DNA of 64,000 bases from Phoronis australis. Taxonomy: Eukaryota > Animalia > Phoronida. Below are positions 49,601-62,888 of this stretch, piece after piece (position 1 is the stretch's first letter; the number at the start of each line of letters is the position of its first letter). The notes under the pieces were generated by a model, which saw only the letters and a list, made by a program, of their open reading frames with translations, was not told the DNA's origin and searched no databases. The stretch is taken from the NCBI GenBank assembly GCA_002633005.1, contig NMRA01000054.1, positions 879,038 through 943,037 on the forward strand, read 5' to 3'. Made by a program: the position numbers and the translations under genes.

Positions 49601-52600
49601 CTTGGGTCATCCGCAAGTAACAAAGTACACCAACCCAAAATTGGTCAACGTTCCCTCGAAAACCGTTGGACATCAAATAGTTAACACTATTCTGCTTGGA
49701 GGGAGAGGGTACTGACGGAGTCTACAGACGGGTACACTCGCAAACAGTGGGCCCAGCTCACCTGAATTGCTGGAAAGTACTGGGGTATTTCTGGTTTAAG
49801 TTCCATGGGACTAGCTGGTGGTGTCTCGTCCAAATACATGGGCTGCTCCTTGGGTGACTGGTGAACTGAACCCTGTTCACTAGCGACCTCCTCTTCCTCT
49901 GATGAGTGGTCATCAAACTTTGACTTAACTGAAACAAACAATTGTATCACATGAACCACTTCAAAGCAGTTTGAGAACCAGTTTTCTCCACTGACTGACA
50001 GGCATCAAAGCAGTTTCATAACCAGTTTTCTCCACTGACTGACAGGCATCAAAGCAGTTTGAGAACCAGTTTTCTCCAATGAAAGAGCGACATCAAAGCA
50101 GTTCTCAAAATCAGGGACTCCCATAACTGACTATTTGCTAATAATGTTTCAAATTACTTAAAGTTGCTGAATCCCTATTTTTTACCACTTTCACTGGTTT
50201 TGAGTTCTTTCGTATTCAATCTAAGACTAGATTTTACAAGTTTCGAAAAGTTTTGAATTGTTTCCACAAATATGTTGAGATCATTGGGATTTGACTTCCG
50301 ATGTTTCAGACTTTTCTGGAGATTTTTTCCGCGATTATCGCATTAAGGAAACACCACTATCGGGATTTTTGTACCCAGGTCAAAGATTACAATTCATTTC
50401 AATGTACAATATTAATAAAGAACATTCTGTTTAATTTGAATTTTAACCGTCTTATTCAAAAAACTATCATCCAGCAACTTGAAATTTAGTTCATCATCTG
50501 AGTAAATGCCCAACCAGAAACAACTCGCCAGACTCTGCAGATAAACCTGACTAAGTTATTGCTAACTGTGCTTCTCCAGGCAACAAAATGCAATAGTGGT
50601 GCCGCTATCAACAACAAACGCAGTGTCAGAACGGGACCAAAAAAGAAATCAAGCCATGCATTCCCATACATGTACATAGGTTTGGCTGAATGAGTTTTCA
50701 TGACAATCACCACACAAAGGTAAAACGTTTCCAGGTTTTAACCGACAAACAACAGTCCACTGCAAGTATGTGAGTGTATAGGTACAAAACAAGACTTTTG
50801 AAAGGCTATGGCGGACCCGGTTGACAAGTTGGCATATTTAGCCAAATATTTACAAAATTATAGGTATACTATAGTGTGTACTTTCAGACACTAGAAAGCC
50901 TGAAGAATTTGATATTTGACTTTTTACCATTTTTCCTTATCTGTTATTCAAAAAATTGAGTTTTAGCAAAAAAGAAAGGTACATTGATACCAAAACAACA
51001 TTACCAATAACGTGATCAAATTTTATTTGATGTGAGAAATGATGTTTCAAAGTTAGCCAAATTTGGACATTTTTCTAGGGTCCTAGATATAACCTTAATG
51101 TTTGTGACAAGACCACTCTAGCCCCCCCCCCCACCTTTCTTTGACCTTTTCTCCTCGCCATCTTCTTCTTCCTCAGCACCACTACCACTGGCTTCTTCAC
51201 TCTCTTCAGATTCTACACACAAACAGTAACGATTCATGATTACAGACTCATTTGCATATACATGGCATCAAGAAGACTGAATGTCCTTTAGATTATGCAC
51301 ACCAGTATATACAGTCAATACTTGGCAAGCGCACACAGGTTGTTTAGGGTAACGGTTCTCAAAGCCATCAAAATAACTCATTGTGGGAGGGTATTAAATT
51401 ACAATAAAATCTCCCCAATTTTGATCAAGAGTGTCGTATTTGCCTTTTCTTCATTTGTCCAGAGTTTCTAACATTGCTATCAGTGACCACAATTTCCGGA
51501 AATAATATCTGATGCTAGCTATGTAACGGAATTGAAAACGACACAGCATTAATTTGACGCTACTTATCTGAAGCAGGCAACACATTCTGCCCTAAATTAG
51601 TGAGAACTGACAGTACGTTGTGATAAGCATTAGCTAAGTTAAACACACTCGATGCAATTCGTCAATCAACGAATACACGCTTAGCCTAGATTAATATAAC
51701 AACAACGAACCCTCTCACCCAAAACACACTTGATGCAACATACAGGCCTCAGCAAGTGGACGCTGCTCCGAAGTGATATCTGGCTTGGTAGACACCACGA
51801 TATCATGAAATCTGAACAACTGTTGACAAAACTAGGAATCATCCATACAATGAATCAACCGCTCACACATACGTTCACACATGCACAGAGACACATGTTC
51901 ATGCACACATTCACAAACACGCATTCATACATACACATGCATCCGTTCACGCACACATTCACACACACACGTTCACATGCACATTCACACACACGTTCAC
52001 ATGCACATTCACACACACGTTCACATGCACATTCACACTCACCAGATTCCTCCTCCTCCTCCTCTTCCTCCTCCCCTGATTCCTGTGAGCTGCTTCCCTG
52101 GCTCTTCTCAGACCCAGACTCCTCCCCCTCACTACCATCACTAGCCTCCTCCTCCTCTTCCTCCTCCTCTCCTGACTCCGCCTCACTTTCCTCAGCCTGC
52201 TCATGAATCATCTCGGGGAGCGGAGCATGGTCTTCGTCTGGTGATGCCGGTGTATCTGGGATCTCTAAAGATGAGATGCAAAGGAAAGCATGAACCTAAG
52301 TATTCTTATACTTGCAAGGCTTCTATCATTCACATAATTTCTCATTAACAAACCATTAAAGGTACTCTCCTTTGCACAAATCAGAAAAAAGCCTGTGACA
52401 TCTGGTTACTCCAATGCAAATTTAAGCACTTATATGTCATTAAATTCAACATAATCCTTAAAGTGGTCCTGCAGTGACTGAATTCATTAGAAAATCCCCA
52501 GACACTGGCTCATTCCTGCCATATCATCAGTGTCAAATTTCATCAAGATCCCTCAAGATCTTTGAGAGATAGAGTACAGGAGATCTTTGAGAGATAGAGT

Positions 52601-55600
52601 ACAGGTGCAGAACACACAATCACCCATTTAAATGCCATCAGTATTTCCCAGAGTACCACCACAAAATGTTACCTCTGATCTTGGGCGAAACTTTCTTCTC
52701 CACTGTCCTACTGCTGGACATGTCGCGATCTCTCTGCGAGCTCTCTGTCCTCCGCGGACTCCGACTCCTGCCTCGTTCTGCCCTATACCGATCCTTCGGT
52801 CGACGGTCATCTGTTTTCAAACAAAGACAGGTGACACAATTGTGATTCGCAAGGAAGGCCTGAAGTAGTGTAGGAGGGTCAGAGGACTCTTATGTTGAAC
52901 AAGGTTCAAGTATGAGGTCAAAAGGTTCAAAATAATTTTGTGAATCAGACAACAAACAACAACTTGGCGAAGCGAGAAGAAACCCAAAACCCAACCCTTT
53001 CTGAATGGTTACACAGTTAAAAACTACCTGTCATTGTTAAGTGCAAAATCTCTTATGATAAGAAGACAAGTTTGGGCCATGAGTGGTCCACCAAGTCTTC
53101 AGCAATGGGTGGGAAATTATTTCTTCTTTTCTATTTTTCACCCAAGCAAGTCATTGATCTCATTACAATTTGCTTCTATAATGAAACCACATTCAGACAG
53201 TCATCTTCTTTCATTATAAGAGTTCCTTTCTTAACGTCATGATTATCACCTAAATTTACAACCACCCCACAAGATCTACCCATCAAGCCAAAAGTTAACA
53301 AAAAATGACACTTAGAAAAAAATTTAAAAGAACACGAAACAAGAAACAAATGGGTTACACAATCAAACTCGACATACCTGAAGGCTTAGGTTTCTTTAAT
53401 TTTCCTACGGCACACATTTTACAATACAATTTGTCAGCACCAAAGGTTTGTTACAGTTCTCAAGACGAAAAGTCAACTAGAATGAGCCACAAGTTCAGAC
53501 CATCTTTGTAATGGCAGGTAGTCTAATTAAAATACAATTAACTAACCCATACTCAAACAGTTTAGGTCACATGATCCAAAACAGCCTAACACAAGACACC
53601 CATTCGACTGACCTCTGTCATCCCGCCAGCCAGGGCGCCCTCTTCTGGAATCTTTCTCTCTCACTCGCCTTTCTCGTTCTCTGTCGGTCCGCACTAACCT
53701 CTCCCGATCTCTGATCTTTTCCCTTTCAAGCCGCTCTAACCGTTCCCTGTGGAATACAACGTTGGATATCGTATCAGCATACCGGCTGACTAAAAGCATT
53801 ATAGTCTAGCAAGATTATGGCATATGGTAAAGTTTCCCAATATTCAAATACAGCTGACGTGTGTAGAAAACCTACTAACTGGTATTCCATAGACAGGCAA
53901 TCACAACTGTTTACAAACATAAATTGTAAGCCACAGAAAATGTTTGCCGTCACAGTTTTATCTGATGTGACCACTAGACTTGTAAGCAATGCCAGTGCTT
54001 ACCTCTTACACGGTTGTCCTCAGGTTATTTAAATGACAGATTTCTCTTCAGGGCACGTGGCACCAGTAATTCAAATGAATGAAAAGTGGTGGTCCACAGT
54101 AACCCATAGCAACCACTATTAAAATTGCATTTCTGTTACAGCTTAGACATAAATCACAAATATGCTCATTAAGCCAATGGCAAAATCGCACCAATTTCGA
54201 GCAAACTAACTGCCACAATTGCATTATTTTTCATTTTCAAGTGCTTCTAACATTGTAGTGAATGGCCACAAATTTTCAAAACATTGTCCGGTGGTAGCTA
54301 GGGTACAGTGCGTGCATATGGAAAAGTATAATTTTGGTGTTACATAATTGCATATTACGGATAAAATGAGACATATTAAATTTCACTTGTCTGCCATGCT
54401 AAGTCATAAATTGGTGACATTTTTACATAATAAACTGGACTTAAAAAACTTCATGGTCGTGAAGCATTGGTCTCAGAATTCAATTTGAAAAGAAAAACCC
54501 TGCATTTGAGGTCATGTGCTCTGATTGTAAAAGGGGTGACAAGTTTCTTGATTTTCTGAAATATGAGTTACTCTTAACACTTTCCATGCCCTACCATGGC
54601 AAAATATTTTGTAACCAATTTCGTACCTAGTTAAGTAGCAAGTTTTGATATTGTGTTTCCAGACAGATAATCTCATGGAAATGTATTTAGAAGGTTCTGT
54701 TAATCCATATACACAGAGGTAGCAACTGCATACATACTGATGGTTAATTCACTTAAAACACTACACTGTGGTAGGAGTTCCAACCCTTTCCACATCACAT
54801 CTACAAAATGTTTACCGTTCTCGAAGTGATTCTTCTCTGCTGCGGTGTTCAATTTCCCTCTGTTTTCTGTCTCTCTCGCGGTCCTCCTTTCTGCTAGTAC
54901 GATCCCTGTCTCCATGTTTTCCTGAAATCATGCACAGGTCGCCCTCAGCAACATGATAAATCATAAAAATTGTCAAGCTGCATTGCCACAACTACCGGGA
55001 ACCAGCAGTCAATTCACACAGTCAAAAGTAATCAGACAAAAATATTCCCAGAATTTCCCCCATCCTGATGAGTCTCTACTCCTCATGATGCAGAAATGAT
55101 ATTTTGTCCGATTACTTGTGGAGTGTACTCCACACCCTGAAATACCACAATGCTGCTCTGACTCTACTGATAATTACCCACAATGCTGTGCACACGAACA
55201 GCAATTCTCTCAATGTTAGAGGGTTAAACATCAAAAGTATCTGTCATCCTCCATTCTTATACAATCAAAGTTTTTTTTCATTCTAGCACAGGGAGTTGCA
55301 ATGTTGACAAAGCAAACTTGGCGAGCCCAGTACACCGCGAAACCCCAGCTGAATAGTATGCATAACTATATGACGTAACTGTTATACAGTAGTGAGACAC
55401 TCACTGTCTCCGCGGCCTCTGTCATCTTTATGTTTGTGCTTGTGTTTATGCCGCTCCTTCTTGACTGCGTGTCTCTGTGGAGGTTTGATGTCCAGAGCGT
55501 CATCACTCTGTTCTCTGTGAAAACACAAAAGTACGCACTTGTGAACCGGTGCAACGGTGACTGTTGTTGCGGGGCATCACCTTCCTACTGGCAGTGCTAA

Positions 55601-56665
55601 CAGAAAAATGTCGAAATTGCGCGATTAGCTCTAGCCAAGCAATCTCAAAATTTACATGTCGTGATAGCAATTAGTGTATACCACGAAAAATAAACTGAGA
55701 TGGCAACTGCAGTTCACAAGTAGCAGTTTAGTTCGGGAAGACTGGCCAACCTTGTGAAAAACGTGATGGCTTTTTGACTCACTCTTACTTGTCCTGAATT
55801 ATATATTTGCGAATGAATAATAACTGCAATTATGCTATGGAAAGGTTTGAAGCATATTTAGTTAGGCTGAACACAGCTTACGATTCGTGCTGTAGGTAGT
55901 TATAGACCGGCAGCCCAGAGCACTTAGCTTAGAAGAACGAGGTGCCAACATCTAACTACAGGAGCACTTAGAGTCTATCTCAGTATATACAAAAATGGAC
56001 GTCTGTCGTTGTCTGCAGTCTGGGTATGATCCCTAGGGACCTTAAAAGGGGGTCAAAAATGAGCAAGATTAGATATTCAAGGTACCAGCCAAAACTCATT
56101 TAAAATAGACAATAGTACCACACTGAACATTGAATGACCCATGACAAAAAATCGCACTCTAGAATGGGTCCGACAGAAAGCAAAAAAGGACCCCCACAAA
56201 TGAGCTAGTTCATACATTCCAGGTACCACAAAAACAATTACAAGGAGACTTTGATTTGATATATTACAGTTGGTGAACATGCTAATAAAATGCACGTTTT
56301 GGGGAGAACACCTGCACATACTTGGCATACAAAAGAGTGATTTTGTGCTTTGGACATAGGCTTTAAATGTAGAAATGTCATAATTATGAAATTTGAAAAG
56401 GTAAGCTGCATGCATGCATGTAAATTTCATCAAATCAGTAATCATTACCATCAGACAACAAACAAAATACCATTACAGAAAAAAACATCTAAATGACACT
56501 GACATAGGATCTTTGCATGCATTTCACACAGAGAACTGAAACTGACAGTTACTAAATATCTCAACAGATGAAAAACCAATAGATTTACCTGTCTGAATGT
56601 TCTGGTGAGACTACCACAGGTGAGTTGTCCGACACATGAACTGGAGAATGATCACTGTCACTCAT
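43651..56665 (-). CDS. CDK11: Cyclin-dependent kinase 11 (PITSLRE kinase), ~715 aa, 16 coding exons
   Basis: Phase-consistent exons: 56589-56665, 55405-55514, 54816-54921, 53613-53746, 52673-52810, 52043-52264, 51135-51212, 49762-49928, 49339-49429, 48372-48493, 47396-47623, 46729-46836, 45999-46115, 45303-45451, 44522-44711, 43651-43761. Motifs: RE/RS-rich N-terminus, poly-[66 protein letters not shown]. Confidence 0.97.
49961..50105 (+). repeat. 44-bp tandem repeat x~3 (CDK11 intron)
   Basis: tcaaagcagtttgagaaccagttttctccactgactgacaggca. Confidence 0.85.
51864..52040 (+). repeat. CA-rich compound microsatellite (CDK11 intron)
   Basis: acacacgttcacatgcacattcac units. Confidence 0.9.
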
Positions 56666-59600
56666 GTCACTGTAAACCTGTTGCAGAAAGGAGAATTATT
56701 TTATACTATGTTGACTTTAAAGCATTCCTTGAACATGGTGCCGCTCAAAATTTCTGGACTCTACTGCTGGAAAGACCTTGAACAATGTTTCAATGCCAAA
56801 ATTATTTTTTCATAGTACTAGACAGTAAAATAGATGGAAGAATTTCCTGTCAAAATACTCTAACCGGAATCTGAGATAGCTATATTTAGAGGGCGGCGCC
56901 TCCTCAAGGATATTTCGAAAGAAAATGTATGAGTTGCGAATCTGTTGTCTATAATCAATGGGTTTTTTTTTACTTTAACATTTAGACAATATCAGGAACT
57001 ACAACTTAATCATTCAAACATAGACTTGTAAAACGATAAGTGAACAGTGCTCGAAAAGTCCCATTTTTCATTGCCATTGTCAATGACAAATGCAGAAATG
57101 TGTATTGTCAAATGACGAACAAAAAAAATCCATGAAGTGCAGCAGATTTTGCCAACCGTGGTTCTGTTGCCCTCAGGTTATTTTTCATGACTAAATTTAC
57201 AGAACTACGTAGCAATACAGTATTTCGCTGTCCCGCAATGAGTCGCCCTTGTTACAGCTAATCCGACTGTACTGTGCAGACGTTCAGTGACCATGCGTCG
57301 CAGCATTTGGATTGCAGTTCAACCATCAAAAGCCACTTAGCATCCTCTCGGGTTTATTGTGTTGTATGCCTGAACTAAAGTGAAATGTTTACGCATTTGT
57401 TTTCAAAAATATATTTCATTTTAGATTCGTAAATAATTATTAGTCTTGATACTATAGGAAATGAAGATGACGAGCTTGAACGTAGATGTTCAGTGATTTT
57501 ATTATAAAGCCTTTCCATTTGCTGTACTTCATAGCAAAAGGTGTGAATGTTGATTCCAAATGTACACGCCTGACTATTATGTTCAGAGTGATTATTCGTG
57601 AATTCAGAATTGTTCGTTTATTCTTCCTTTGCCACTACATATCATACATTGCAATGTCTTCTTGTTTTGATTATTATTTTAATGGAATTTCAAAGGGGAC
57701 GAGTATGGGACTCAAAATTTGTTAGGCCATTGTGGTGAACAATTCTAGCGCCAACCCTGTAAACCAATGGTAGTAGTTTGGGAACTTAAGGAAGCTTTGG
57801 TTTGGCACAAGCATCAGTTTGGGCTGCAACAGGGACGATCAAGAAAACTATTGACAAATTTTCAGGCCAGCTTTGCCGTTGATGGATTTTCTCTGGTTCA
57901 CTCCAGTCTTGGTCCTTCTCGGTGTTGGGTACCCCAACCTTTACCAGCCAACCACAAAATCCAGTAATATGAAACCGCAAACCAGGCAATCCCAGATTCG
58001 GTGGTAAAATTCAGTGTGGTTAGTACAGTACACACCAAAAATAATCACACATAATAGTGCTTCAGGTCATGACGTGTGATCACTCAACTTGACCTGCTGT
58101 AACAGGTTATCTACTCTTATTGAGAATTCCACTTGCACTTTGATACCTTTACACTCAGCCATCATGACGGAGAATTCCGTTTGCACTCAGCCGTCATGAT
58201 GGGAGAGGGGTTGTTAAGGCCTGCTAAAGGTCATTTTGCCTGATGATTTTTGGCAAGTACTGTTGTGGAAAACTTGTGTAGGTCTATTTAACTGATATCC
58301 CTGACCTTAGTGTCACCAGTATTATCTCTTCACAATGTTCAACTGTTGAAAGAATCTTACTGTCTTACAACCTCAAGGCCAAAAGATTCACAACAAAGGT
58401 AAATTCTAAAAATTCAGAGCAAAGGATTTTGTCTTGCCTGCAACATGCCTATAGTTACTTACTTTCAAACATGTGATGCATCAACTCAAACAGACATTAC
58501 AGGTTTTGAACATTTCACATGAGATGAGTGGTATATGAGTTTAACACTTATCCTGCTAAGCCTCTATTCAGACAACTTTCCCTGTGCCTGAGCTAAGTAG
58601 ATCACCACTGCTGCTGTGCACTGGGCTGTTACGGAGGTCACTCAGATTAATGACCTAACATTTTTAAATTGGAAATTTGAAGGGGTAATGTCAACTTCAC
58701 ATAAAAGTAGTTTGCACGAAAGTTGTTCAGAATTTAATGGAGATTTTCACCATATGCATATCTTTACCATAGCCTTGGTGTAAATAAACGTATAATCTTT
58801 TAAACTGGACACTTTTGTTGTTTTATGTTTTCACACATGAAATCATGATAGCTGACACTCAAAAACCGTAATAAGCATTTTTAAAAGGGAATTCATAAGA
58901 CTTGCATGTTTAATAATGCAGATTTATTGTGTGTAACATCACATCTACAAACAAGAATGTATAGATACAATAGATATTTAGATACACCACTGCTATCCAA
59001 CATAGTTGTCCATCAGGCACTTCTAGAACAACTGAAAACATGTCAATCTGGGAGTAATCTAATTCACAAATTTTATCTGCGACTGCAACACGTTCACTGG
59101 TTACATTTGTTGACATCAACATCAATAAAGACCATTAGTACCCACAGACTTTCCTACCTCAATAGGCAACATTCACGGCGACGCGTCTCGACCAACTCTT
59201 TCTATTCACGGCAACCACCGAGCATGCTCAATAGGGCGCTCACACTTGAACACTTACATCAACTAAAAGATGCACTGTACACGAAGACAAGGAGACGCTC
59301 CTGACAGTAATTTGTGATGGTGATGAGCTGATCTCTGTTCGACCTTACCTAGCATGATGAGATCAGAAACACACAGACTTTGACTCTAATGCGATTTATT
59401 TTGAGGGTCCCCGTTTAATTATTTATATCGCATACACGTGCTTCTGTGGTTGCACTTGACGATTAGGAGGAACAGAAGGAAAGCCAAACACCTCTGGAAA
59501 AGTCTGGAAAGGTTGGCCTATTTTGCTTGTACCCAATCAGCGTGTTACTACTGTTACTGGAGTACTCTGTTTGTATTGTTGTTGTTTTTAATAGATGCAA

Positions 59601-59886
59601 ATGTTCCGTTGATGTTGGTGAGTGGCCCGACGAGTATTGAATTAGGAAAACCTGGAGGGTACTAACGGTATTTATTTATTGGTGTCAATTCTAAGCGTCA
59701 ACAAATGTATCTTGTGACATTTTGCAGACAGACAAAAAATGTGTAACGCAAACTATTTCGAAATTGAGGTGTTTTGATTTGTCTTGGAAGTGCCCAGCAG
59801 GCGTCCATATTGGATATCAGTTGTATACCTTGCTCTTTATATAAGTATACCGTCGAGCGGCTGATAAAAGAGTGCCTGGCTGTGAG

Positions 59887-59937
59887 CACAGGCGTCCTCA
59901 GCTTCTGATCGTCCCCAATACACTACATATAATACTA
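59887..59937 (+). mobile_element. Single terminus of the CACAGGCGTCC transposon family
   Basis: 50 bp identical to the left arm of 61325-61419; partner end not found. Confidence 0.75.
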
Positions 59938-60253
59938 CAAGGTATGACACTTCGGACTTGAAATTCCACGGGTGCTTCACTTCAGCCGTCCATAGCAAAC
60001 ATAAAACTCAATAAATTTGCACAAAACAGGGGTTCAACAAACCATGAAGAATTGTTCTTTCTCCCAATACCATTCACGGTGTCCTGTTACGGCGACTTCG
60101 TAAGAAATTCGCAGTCAAAGNAGCTGTCTGCGTGAACCGGCGACTCCGTCAATTGCGATAAGAAACACAACAGATAAGTGCGGCCAATGCGATACAATAC
60201 AATACAATGCCTACGCAATGTAACAAAAACGGAACAGAGCAGTTTGAATTGAT

Positions 60254-60595
60254 ACTTACACGCAAATAAATGAACAGAAGAAGTTTCTTTTCAGCCTTGT
60301 TGAACTCCGTAGCACTTGTGTTTATCAAATATGGCGGTGCCTTCAGTGGCTACTCTCCAACCAATACTAAAACGTTTTAATTATCGGTTTATTTAGAGAT
60401 TAAGGCAATATAATAGTACAATAAATACATTTAATATTACTAATAACTGTATTATAAAACTTTTGTATTCATTATCTGCCTAAAAATACATTCTTCCCTC
60501 GTTTAAAATTTAGAGACTTTTGAAGCGCTATCTGTGAGGTAATCTCGAAACTTGTTGCTTCTGGCAGGCGCGAGCTTCAGCGATTGCTCGTAAGT
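60254..60595. promoter_or_regulatory. Putative bidirectional promoter with non-coding first exons of CDK11 (-) and Mpv17 (+)
   Basis: Minus-strand donor GT|GTAAGT at 60254-60259 with a YY1-like atggcg at ~60331; AT-rich core ~60370-60510; plus-strand donor CTC|GTAAGT at 60590-60595; both ATG-bearing exons start at acceptors. Confidence 0.55.
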
Positions 60596-61324
60596 TTTGC
60601 AGGTTTTCTGTTTTTTCTTCGAAAGTCGAATGTATAATTTACATTGTACGACAAATTGAAGTAATCATTATTTTATGTCGTTATCCTTTTGCTGTTTTGT
60701 AAGCTTTCCAAGCGTGGCATTCTCCACTTGAGTTGGCCTACGACCACGTCAAGCCAACTGAGTAAAACTGTAAGGCGGGGTATGCAACAAGGTTATACTC
60801 TGCGGCTAGACAGTAGGCTTACCGCCGTCTGAACTGGGCACAGAGGCTAGTCTTTTCATATGGCCGCTTTTTGGCAAATAATGGTTCATACTGACTAAAC
60901 CATTAAAGTAGAGGGACATCTTAGGTTTAAGCCAAGTTGGCTTGGGGACTCTGGGCCCGTTGATGTCTTTAAGTAGGCGTACTCTTCTCAGCTCGAACAA
61001 ATACTCCTGCAATCAAAAAATTAAATGTGGTAAGCACGTCTTTTGAATTGTTACACACTCCTGTGGTTATGCTGGTCAGAGCTTACAGACATACAGAGGA
61101 ATCAACAGGTGAAAGTTAAGTCTAATTTCTCTGAAAGTCAACCATGAAAGTATTTCATACAAAACACATCTGCTTCATGACATTTGTGGCATTTGTTGAA
61201 TGTCCTTTGCAAATAGCATTGGTTAGTGTCAGGCACGTTGTTTACAACATAAATTGCTGGATTAGGTTAGCATCAGATGGAAGCAGACAATAAGAGACCT
61301 GGACTATGTAAACATTGGTTTGCC

Positions 61325-61419
61325 CACAGGCGTCCTCAGCTTCTGATCGTCCCCAATACACTACATATAATACTGTTATATGTAGTGTATTGGGGACGAT
61401 CAAGCTGAGGACGCCTGTG
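61325..61419. mobile_element. 95-bp hairpin MITE, CACAGGCG ends, 8-bp TSD
   Basis: Near-perfect palindrome; TSD GGTTTGCC at 61317-61324 and 61420-61427. Confidence 0.92.
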
Positions 61420-61449
61420 GGTTTGCCACTCAATCCACCAGTCAATCAG

Positions 61450-61626
61450 GATAGGGGTACCTAACCAATGATAACTTGTGGTCTTATAAAGAAGATAGGG
61501 GTACCTAAGCAATGATAACTTGTGGTCTTATAAAGAAGATAGGGGTACCTAACCAATGATAACTTGTGGTCTTATAAAGAAGATAGGGGTACCTAACCAA
61601 TGATAACTTGTGGTCTTATGAAGAAG
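61450..61626 (+). repeat. 44-bp tandem repeat x4
   Basis: gataggggtacctaaccaatgataacttgtggtcttataaagaa. Confidence 0.93.
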
Positions 61627-62315
61627 AACCATGTGAGTGACTCAAATCTATTGCCTCATAACATCCACTTCAGTGGAAGTTGCTGGTTTGCCAATGGTGG
61701 GTTGCCTGGCCCAAGTGTCTGCCTTTGGAAATAATTCCACTGATTTTAGGCTAACGGCTTAGGCTAATGAACAGCCCTCGGGAATATCGATAACAGCAAC
61801 AGCCAGGGAGTAACATGAACGTTATTGTTCTAAACAATAGTGCATGGTTTACCATCATAGTCAACTTACAGTATTTTCCATGTGGCACTCAGAAAAACCA
61901 AAATGAAGATACTTAGAATAACAATAAAGTTGAAAAAATAACTAACAGTAAACTATCAGGAGCTCTGGTGCGCTAAGCGTGTTAGGCTAAGGGAACAGCA
62001 GATGGCATTGAAATCTGTCTCAACTTTAGTAAAAAATAACTGCAAACATTGCGTTTCCCCTATTCAGTATATAAAATCCTGAATGCCTATGTTGCTTAGT
62101 GTAGCCTTCTGTGGAGTATTAAGTTTCCAGGTGTTTATATGAGATGAAAGGTACTAGTTCTGACTTGTAGCAATGAACTCAGTTACTGGATTGGAAATAT
62201 GTGATGATTTTATTCTGCTGTTATATTGCATCTGATTACTTTGATGGCATGATATTTTTGTTTTCAGTTCATGAGCGAGCCAGTCCTATCTTGACAGAAG
62301 ACAGCACTGCTAGTC

Positions 62316-62888
62316 ATGTCTTGGTTATGGCGTCATTACACACGCCTGTTGAACAAACACCCGTTCATCGTCCAGTGCTCTACTACAGGGGTATTGATGG
62401 GTGCCGGTGATTTTATCGCACAAGTCGCTGTCGAACGACGTACAATCCAGGACACCTACGAACCAAGACGAACTCTTAAGTACTTTGCAGTCGGCCTCTG
62501 TTATGGTGGACCCATTTTTCGCACCTGGTACTATACACTGGCCAAGATGTTCCCGAAGTCCCCTCCCAAGGTGGCCGTCCTGAAACGTGTCTTCATGGAT
62601 CAGTGTATATTTGCACCAGTATTCATTTTGAGCTTCATCGCAGTCGTCGGTTTCGTTCGTCCTGACCCCTGGGATGAGATTAAACATAAGATCAAGCGAG
62701 ATTACCGAGACATAATGGTGACCAACTACATCTTTTGGCCAGCGGCTCAGCTAATCAACTTTCACTTCGTGCCTCTCCACCATCGTGTCCTCGTTGTCAA
62801 TTGTTACTCAATCCTGTGGAACACGTTTATTGCCTGGAAAGCTGAGAGAGCAGTTGTAAAGCTTCAGTCTGAATTACTGAGTGAATAA
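62316..62888 (+). CDS. MPV17: Mpv17/PMP22-family mitochondrial inner-membrane protein, 190 aa, single coding exon
   Basis: WRHYTRLLNKHP, LMGAGDFIAQVAVER, DQCIFAP, NYIFWPAAQLINFHFVP, WNTFIAWKA align with recalled MPV17 motifs; acceptor ttttgttttcag at ~62257-62268 in the 5'UTR. Confidence 0.95.
   Translation: MSWLWRHYTRLLNKHPFIVQCSTTGVLMGAGDFIAQVAVERRTIQDTYEPRRTLKYFAVGLCYGGPIFRTWYYTLAKMFPKSPPKVAVLKRVFMDQCIFAPVFILSFIAVVGFVRPDPWDEIKHKIKRDYRDIMVTNYIFWPAAQLINFHFVPLHHRVLVVNCYSILWNTFIAWKAERAVVKLQSELLSE

Noticed and set aside
51730-52206. His/Thr-rich and Cys/Val-rich ORFs (metallothionein-like look)
   Set aside because: Antisense or intronic read-through of the CDK11 acidic exon into a CA-rich repeat
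52043-52211. Internal ATG as a CDK11 p58-type IRES start
   Set aside because: An in-frame Met exists, but nothing in the sequence supports internal initiation
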